Assembly (NCBI GenBank): GCA_016840085.1
Contig: JAEOTA010000029.1
Location: 1 to 11,698 of the forward strand
Origin: Promethearchaeota archaeon
GTDB lineage: Archaea > Asgardarchaeota > Lokiarchaeia > Sigyniarchaeales > SOKP01
DNA length: 11,698 bases
Direction: 5' to 3'
The notes under the pieces: model-generated
Seen by the model: the letters and a program-made list of their open reading frames with translations, nothing else
Databases searched by the model: none
What the model was told of the DNA's origin: nothing
Part shown: positions 1-5,663 of the stretch, in pieces
How positions within the stretch are numbered: the stretch's first letter is position 1
How the letters are laid out: each line of letters starts with the position of its first letter
Position numbers and translations under genes: made by a program

Positions 1-688
1 CTACATACACATAATAACGATTTAAAGAATCATCGCATTCAATTTTAATATGATACCAAGTGTTTTTTACTAGACCACTTTTTAGAGTCTTCCAATCACC
101 ATCATTATATTCTAGTTTACCATAAGTCTGCCAGAATCGTAATTCTACGTTAGTATTGGAGCCTTCTTTTAATTTAATCCTTAATTGTGCTTTAGTTGAC
201 ATTGATGAGGAAGTACCCCACCAAAATTCAACTTGTGCATCAGCTTTAGAACCTGAAAAATCATTTTGGATAAGCACTCGATCGGTTTCATCATAATCTT
301 TCAATTCAAGTACTTCTGTATGATCTTGCCATGATGAAACAATTTTAGCGTGAGAATTCGAACCTGCCAAATAATAGTCTATAAAGTCAATATCATAACC
401 AATTTCATTAATTTCATCTCTGAAATCATAAGTTCCATAATATACATGTGAATCAGTATTGCATTCAAAAAAATCATATGTTCCTGGAAAATACCCGCTC
501 ATGGGTGAACAATAACCAATATTTTCAGGGGTATTTATCTGAATAGGTTGAGTGCTGAGTTTAGGTGTATCTATTGATGTAGACAAATTGTCACTTATAA
601 TTAGTGATGGTAATCCAAAAGCTAGGAGAAATGAAAATATTCCGATTAAAATAACTATCAATTTTAGTCTAATACTTTTTAAATTCAT
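1..688 (-). CDS. Secreted or membrane-anchored hypothetical protein with a beta-sandwich (ConA/LamG-like) domain, Lokiarchaeia-type; 3' end truncated by the window
   Basis: Not in the ORF track because it has no stop in the window. Manual translation from ATG at 688 is open for 229 codons to the edge: MNLKSIRLKLIVILIGIFSFLLAFGLPSLII (signal/TM) ...INTPENIGYCSPMSGYFPGTYDF...HTEVLELKD...VEFWW...NTWYHIKIECDDSLNRYYVYV. The fold and taxonomic call come from recalled motif similarity. Confidence 0.85.
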   Translation of the reverse strand, partial: MNLKSIRLKLIVILIGIFSFLLAFGLPSLIISDNLSTSIDTPKLSTQPIQINTPENIGYCSPMSGYFPGTYDFFECNTDSHVYYGTYDFRDEINEIGYDIDFIDYYLAGSNSHAKIVSSWQDHTEVLELKDYDETDRVLIQNDFSGSKADAQVEFWWGTSSSMSTKAQLRIKLKEGSNTNVELRFWQTYGKLEYNDGDWKTLKSGLVKNTWYHIKIECDDSLNRYYVYV

Positions 689-903
689 ATGTTTCAACTA
701 TTATTTAAATAAAATTCTATTTTCTAATTTTTTGTCTTTTTTTAAAATAAATTATGTTCAATTTCACAAATATGTACATTGAATATAAAAATATTACTCA
801 CTTTAGAAAAACTGATTTAATATAATTAAAGGTTGGCTCCTGTCAGTGAGACGCGACAACGCGTTAAAAAAGAATATTATAGGGAGAGGGTGAAATCAAC
901 GTG

Positions 904-920
904 TAAGAATTCAATTCTTA
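904..920. repeat. Perfect 8-1-8 palindrome TAAGAATT-C-AATTCTTA just beyond the trailer repeat of the left arrays
   Basis: Directly visible; function unknown. Confidence 0.5.
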
Positions 921-925
921 GAAAA

Positions 926-1213
926 TTTTCAATCCTTATTTTTAATGGATATTATTATGCTATTCAGTGAGGAAGGAGCACTTTTCATTATTTCGAAAGA
1001 ACTATTTCAATCCTTATTTTAGTGGATAGTATTCCATTATTAACCACGTATGTTTGTATATATACTTTCAATCCTTGTTCGCGTGGATAATATTTAACGA
1101 CGCAAATAGAATTACGCATGAATTATTTCAATCCTTGTTCGCGTGGATAATATGAATGGGTAAAGTAGGGAGACCAAAGGGCTCATTTCAATCCTTGTTC
1201 GCGTGGATAATAT
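926..1213 (-). CRISPR. CRISPR array A1: three perfect 28-nt repeats, one intermediate repeat and one degenerate 37-nt-class trailer repeat; 4 spacers
   Basis: tttcaatccttgttcgcgtggataatat at 1066, 1126 and 1186. Variant tttcaatccttattttagtggatagtat at 1005-1032. Relic ttttcaatccttatttttaatggatattattatgctat at 926-963. Spacers are 32, 32, 33 and about 41 nt. Orientation is taken from the ATTGAAA 3' end, the leader on the right and degeneration on the left. Confidence 0.93.
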
Positions 1214-1292
1214 ACTAATTTCTTCCTATTCCATGATACCTACATGAAAATTTGTTGCCTATAGTATATAGAGAACGCCATCTATTTAAAAT
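1214..1292 (-). promoter_or_regulatory. Leader of array A1 (paralog of 2034-2118) with TATA-like TTTAAA at 1285-1290
   Basis: 1214-1272 matches 2034-2092 at 51/59 positions without gaps, and the TATA-like box lies at the same offset from the first repeat. Confidence 0.8.
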
Positions 1293-1322
1293 TGATGTCT
1301 AGATTTTTTTTTAACCACTTGA

Positions 1323-2033
1323 GTTTCAATCCTTGTTTTAGCGGATACTCTTATGCTATTATCTATAATGGTACCGAAATCTGAAGCTGAATTTGAATTT
1401 CAATCCTTGTTAGTGTGGATAATATGATCATTCTGGTTTTAACATGAAGAATAAACGTTTTCAATCCTTGTTCGCGTGGATAATATTTTTTAGGACTTCC
1501 TACTGCACTATACGATCTTTTTCAATCCTTGTTCGCGTGGATAATATTTCACATTTGAAGTATTATTTTTAATTGATGTTTTCAATCCTTGTTCGCGTGG
1601 ATAATATTCCATTCCAGTCATTCTGATTTCCTCTGCTTCTTTCAATCCTTGTTCGCGTGGATAATATGACTCATAGAGTCTTCCCATTCGGAATTCTCTA
1701 TTTCAATCCTTGTTCGCGTGGATAATATTTTTATCTCTCCGGCATACGGTAGAAATATCCCTTTCAATCCTTGTTCGCGTGGATAATATACTTTTACCTC
1801 AGTGATAGAATATGCCAAAGACTTTCAATCCTTGTTCGCGTGGATAATATAATATATCTATATAGCTAATCACACTGAGGGACTTTCAATCCTTGTTCGC
1901 GTGGATAATATTGAAAGTCTTCAAAACATTTATCAAGACATTTCTTTCAATCCTTGTTCGCGTGGATAATATAGAAGAAAAAGAATTAAAGAAGCCGGCA
2001 CGCCCTTTCAATCCTTGTTCGCGTGGATAATAT
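1323..2033 (-). CRISPR. CRISPR array A2: ten perfect 28-nt repeats, one variant and one 37-nt-class trailer repeat; 11 spacers
   Basis: Perfect repeats start at 1459, 1520, 1580, 1640, 1701, 1762, 1823, 1884, 1945 and 2006. Variant tttcaatccttgttagtgtggataatat at 1398-1425. The 37-nt repeat at 1323-1359 is 33/37 identical to the reverse complement of the right-hand repeat. Spacers are 33 nt (x8), 32 nt (x2) and 38 nt (oldest). Confidence 0.97.
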
Positions 2034-2118
2034 ACTAATTTCTTCCTATTTCATGATACTTACATAGGAATTTTTAGTCTATAGTATATAGAACACCTCT
2101 TCTCTATAAATTTTTTCT
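2034..2118 (-). promoter_or_regulatory. Leader/promoter of array A2 with archaeal BRE-TATA-like GAAAAAATTTATA (minus strand, TATA at 2105-2110)
   Basis: AT-rich segment between the cas6 stop and the first repeat, duplicated at 1214. It has a purine-rich BRE-like run followed by TTTATA, and the dyad CTATA-GTA-TATAG is conserved in both copies. Confidence 0.78.
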
Positions 2119-2139
2119 TTTTTCTACAAATTATTATAT

Positions 2140-2823
2140 TTAATTATTAGAAGTTTTTTTCACTGTACCAAATCCATGAGAGACTGCTTTCCCTATTCCT
2201 AAATAATCGGGAATTAAAAAATTAACCTCAAAAATTCCTTTAAACCCTACCATAGGCACATCCTTATATGAGACTTTTAGAGGGTATACTTCGATATCTA
2301 CTTGTATCGTATCAGGAACATCATATCCTAAATGTTTAGACATCGAAAGGATATTTCCAATAAGTATCTTTTTTAATAATTCCCGTCTTTCTTTTATAGA
2401 TGCCTTCTTAAATTTATTGTAATTCTCGCTGTTAAGCGCAAGCCATGGGGAATTATATTTGTAAGAGACCATCACACCTCCATTTGTAATACCAAACTCG
2501 GATTCTTCATAATGTGCTTTAATTTCAACGAGTTTATACGTAATTTTTCCTAAAAGAAGTTCCTTAATGTTCATTACTACATTTCTTAACACGGATATAG
2601 CATTATCTCCAATTCCGAGAATAATGGCTTTATTGCTGTTAATCTTATACTGTATTTTAGGGTATTCGTATTTTAACCTCTTCTTTCCTTCGGAAGAGTT
2701 CAGGTGATGATGCAACTCGGTATATTTTTTAAATTCTGACCCAACAAATCCCCTTAAGTGAGTGGGTGTCTCTTCAATTATCTTATCTGTAATTAAAAAT
2801 AAGTGTAATATTTTTAACTTCAT
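2140..2823 (-). CDS. cas6: CRISPR pre-crRNA processing endoribonuclease Cas6 (Cas6b-like)
   Basis: 227 aa. LRGFVG...LHHH...YEYPKIQYK N-terminal pattern typical of Cas6b, C-terminal G-rich loop GIGKAVSHGFG, and located next to the array. Confidence 0.95.
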   Translation of the reverse strand: MKLKILHLFLITDKIIEETPTHLRGFVGSEFKKYTELHHHLNSSEGKKRLKYEYPKIQYKINSNKAIILGIGDNAISVLRNVVMNIKELLLGKITYKLVEIKAHYEESEFGITNGGVMVSYKYNSPWLALNSENYNKFKKASIKERRELLKKILIGNILSMSKHLGYDVPDTIQVDIEVYPLKVSYKDVPMVGFKGIFEVNFLIPDYLGIGKAVSHGFGTVKKTSNN

Positions 2824-2842
2824 TATGACTCAGTATAAATGC

Positions 2843-4306
2843 TTATAATTTTAAGATAATATTTTCTATTTTTTCATTAATCTGCTTAAATATATTGGAA
2901 AGATCTAGGTCTTTATTATCTAAGAATAGATAGAGAATTTCTTCCAAATTATTCTTCAATCTAAGATATAACTTTTCTATACTCTCTCCGTATAATTTTT
3001 CAATTTTTTCTCTTGATATAGGATCAAAACCATGAGCGATTATTGAACTGTTCCTTAAATCTCCTAAGCATTCCGTGCTTTTCTTATCCTTATATTTTTG
3101 AATTCGATCTTGCTCATTTAACTCTTTATATTGATATTTATTGATCTTATCAAAAAGTTCTAAAATGCTCATCAACGGTTTAATATTCTTGTCAAGAGTT
3201 CCTAATTTTAAAAATGCAATATAGAAAAAAACAGGACGTCCCAAATCATCGGTATCTATTTTTAACTTAAATGTCTTATAATGTTTGTTTTGAAGGGAAT
3301 TCCATATATCCGGTTCTTTTTTTTCTAAATATTGTGAAAATTTAAGATGATTTTCTTTTCTATTTAGATCTTCTTTAAAATTATCTCTAAATAGATAGTT
3401 ATTTATCTCGTATAAAAGCGCTTCTTCTAATCGAAATAACAGTGCTACGAAAAATAAATAATTCTGATTAGTATAATTAATTTCCATATTCCAAAAAAGC
3501 TCTTTAATTAATTCAATGGGTTTTAATTGTCCTTGTAAATTGAAGATCTTATATTGTTGATGTAAAGAATGAGGAGTTAGGTCTAAAAATTGTTTAAAAT
3601 GTTCTTGCGCTTTTTCAAAATCAAAATTCTTTCTTTGCTGGGCATATTTTAATAAAAAAACTAGACATTCAGTATCTTGTAATTTGCTCCTTTCCAACAG
3701 TTCTATGATTGATTTATATTGGTTTGTTTTTAATAACTCTATACACGATTTTTTGACTAATATTTTATTTATTGTCTTTTCATGATTTACAGGATATAAT
3801 TTATTCTTAAACACATTATAAAACTCATTACCTTCAAGATATAATGATGATAAAATTACATAAACAGCCCCATTCATTTGAGGCGTCCCTCCAGATAAAG
3901 AAATTATTCTTTTCTCTGTTCTTCCTATTATACTCTCTTCTTGAGTAAAATAATTAGTAAAAAAACTATACACCTTTTCATAATCAGTTGGATTATTAGT
4001 ATATTGAATTACATTAACTCGAATATTATAGGTATCTCGAATCCACTTTTTAATAATTTGTCCTAAAAAAAGAGTATCTGAATTTCTAACTCTCTGATCT
4101 TCTTGATTGGTTACAAAAATATAGATATTTTTTAATTTATTGGCGAATATTTTTAAGAAAGGTTCAAGTAGAGGATATGTAAGTTTTTCTTTTTCCATAT
4201 CATAATTATTAAACAACTCTTCACCTTTTTGCCTCACATTATCTCGTTCTAATGTATTATCATTATATAGAACATCCCTATTACCAATATTAGAAATTAG
4301 AATCAC
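2843..4306 (-). CDS. csm6: Csm6-like CARF-helical-HEPN cyclic-oligoadenylate-activated ribonuclease
   Basis: 487 aa with a GTG start. N-terminal CARF Rossmann fold (ILISNIGNRD, ISLSGGTPQM), helical middle region, and HEPN RX6H motif RNSSIIAH(GF). Lies between csm5 and cas6. Confidence 0.85.
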   Translation of the reverse strand: MILISNIGNRDVLYNDNTLERDNVRQKGEELFNNYDMEKEKLTYPLLEPFLKIFANKLKNIYIFVTNQEDQRVRNSDTLFLGQIIKKWIRDTYNIRVNVIQYTNNPTDYEKVYSFFTNYFTQEESIIGRTEKRIISLSGGTPQMNGAVYVILSSLYLEGNEFYNVFKNKLYPVNHEKTINKILVKKSCIELLKTNQYKSIIELLERSKLQDTECLVFLLKYAQQRKNFDFEKAQEHFKQFLDLTPHSLHQQYKIFNLQGQLKPIELIKELFWNMEINYTNQNYLFFVALLFRLEEALLYEINNYLFRDNFKEDLNRKENHLKFSQYLEKKEPDIWNSLQNKHYKTFKLKIDTDDLGRPVFFYIAFLKLGTLDKNIKPLMSILELFDKINKYQYKELNEQDRIQKYKDKKSTECLGDLRNSSIIAHGFDPISREKIEKLYGESIEKLYLRLKNNLEEILYLFLDNKDLDLSNIFKQINEKIENIILKL

Positions 4307-4354
4307 GTCTTATACATACTCCTTAAGAATTTGATTTAAATAGGGCCTGAAATC

Positions 4355-5659
4355 CTAATCCCACGTTAATTTAACCCAACCAAATGGAGCGATTAATTTT
4401 TCATTGTCAGATACGACAAATTTTCTTGTAAGAGGAAATAAATAACCTCTGGCTTTTTCTTCTTCACTATCAAATAATTTTTTTATTCTTTCTAATAAAG
4501 TCACATATTTATTGTTCCCCCTTATTGTAACAACGCTACATAACCACTTTTCATTTATCTTGGGTTTATTTGGTGAATCTCTATCGGGAAGAATAGTATA
4601 TCGTCCCTGTTTTGCTATTCCATATTCCTTATTATATCTATCTGGGATATTAAAATGAAAAATCTCTAAACCCTTGTATTTCCTGACAATCTGTTTATTA
4701 TCTGTGAAATTTAAAAATAAAGTTATTCCTAAAATGCTTGAACCTTGACCTAAACGAAGTATACATTCACTATCTTTCAGATGTGTTAATTCGTTATTTA
4801 GTTTCTTATAGAATCCAATAATCTCATCTAAATTAGGATCTTTTCTGTCTGTGAATTCTTTTAGCTCATACTCTATAATTTCTTTAGAAAAATCATTTAT
4901 TGCGTTGAGTATATTTTCTTGTGTTAAATCAAAATTATCAGAAATTAAAGCCTTTGCATCAGTTAATTTATTGTTAATTTTGATAGTACCTGAGCTATAA
5001 AAATTCTCATCTAAAATCTCATAATAGATAGGGATGGTAGATTTTTTATCTCTTAAGTGATAAACTGTAGATCCTGTAATTTTGATAGGTGATGTTTTAT
5101 CAATATGCGAATCCGATATAATTAATGCTCTAAGTAAATCAGTTGTCCCATCTTTTTGAATTAATTTCATTATTTCTTGATCATTGAAGCGATCAATTAC
5201 ATTTCTTATGACATTTTTTTTTTTCTCAGGGTGTTCCTTTAAAATCTTAAATAAAATGGCGGTTCTTACTGCTCCTTTTATACTAGAACCAGGAATGTAG
5301 ATTTGATTTCCAGTTTTAATAAATTGATTAATTTCATTTTTACCAATTCTCCCGATTAGATCATACTTTCTCTCCACTGATTTCTCCCAATCTATTTTAT
5401 ATCTGCTTAAAAATTCTTTAGTATCTCCTTTCCAAATATTATTTTCAAAATTTTCGTTGATATCATTTGTTAAATCATCGATAACTTCAAGTGGAATTTC
5501 TGAAATTAGTGTATCAAAATCTAATATAAAAATGTAGTTTTCATGGTAAATATAATCAAGTTGTGAATATTTCTCACCAGAACCTATATGTAGTGGAGAT
5601 AATCCTCTTAAGGTTAAGATATGAGATTTTTGACTTATATTTATTCCTTTATCTGTCAT
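4355..5659 (-). CDS. csm5: Type III-A RAMP Csm5 (Cas7 group) with a C-terminal insertion
   Basis: LSPLHIGSG, YIPGSSIKGAVRTA, LRLGQGS, FPLTR and PFGWV motifs. The ORF track starts at 5686; ATG at 5659 is preferred because it lies just after the csm4 stop with GAGGT upstream. Confidence 0.95.
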   Translation of the reverse strand: MTDKGINISQKSHILTLRGLSPLHIGSGEKYSQLDYIYHENYIFILDFDTLISEIPLEVIDDLTNDINENFENNIWKGDTKEFLSRYKIDWEKSVERKYDLIGRIGKNEINQFIKTGNQIYIPGSSIKGAVRTAILFKILKEHPEKKKNVIRNVIDRFNDQEIMKLIQKDGTTDLLRALIISDSHIDKTSPIKITGSTVYHLRDKKSTIPIYYEILDENFYSSGTIKINNKLTDAKALISDNFDLTQENILNAINDFSKEIIEYELKEFTDRKDPNLDEIIGFYKKLNNELTHLKDSECILRLGQGSSILGITLFLNFTDNKQIVRKYKGLEIFHFNIPDRYNKEYGIAKQGRYTILPDRDSPNKPKINEKWLCSVVTIRGNNKYVTLLERIKKLFDSEEEKARGYLFPLTRKFVVSDNEKLIAPFGWVKLTWD

Positions 5660-5663
5660 TTTT

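Noticed and set aside
552-782. 76-aa + strand ORF
   Set aside because: Antisense shadow of the real minus-strand gene starting at 688, running into low-complexity AT-rich DNA.
1214-1322. Apparent 109-nt giant spacer inside one continuous array
   Set aside because: It is a second copy of the leader, so the locus is two arrays.
1797-1880. CCTCAGTG / CACTGAGG complementarity between adjacent spacers
   Set aside because: Only 8 bp, which is compatible with chance.
1066-2033. Calling the left arrays bona fide type I-E or I-F arrays
   Set aside because: They lack the long GC stem of Cas6e/Cas6f substrates, end in the ATTGAAA handle and are clearly homologous to the 37-nt repeat. Only the geometry is I-E-like.
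2034-2078. Inverted repeat TTCCTAT-N14-ATAGGAA in leader A2 as a functional hairpin
   Set aside because: The right arm is not conserved in the paralogous leader A1.
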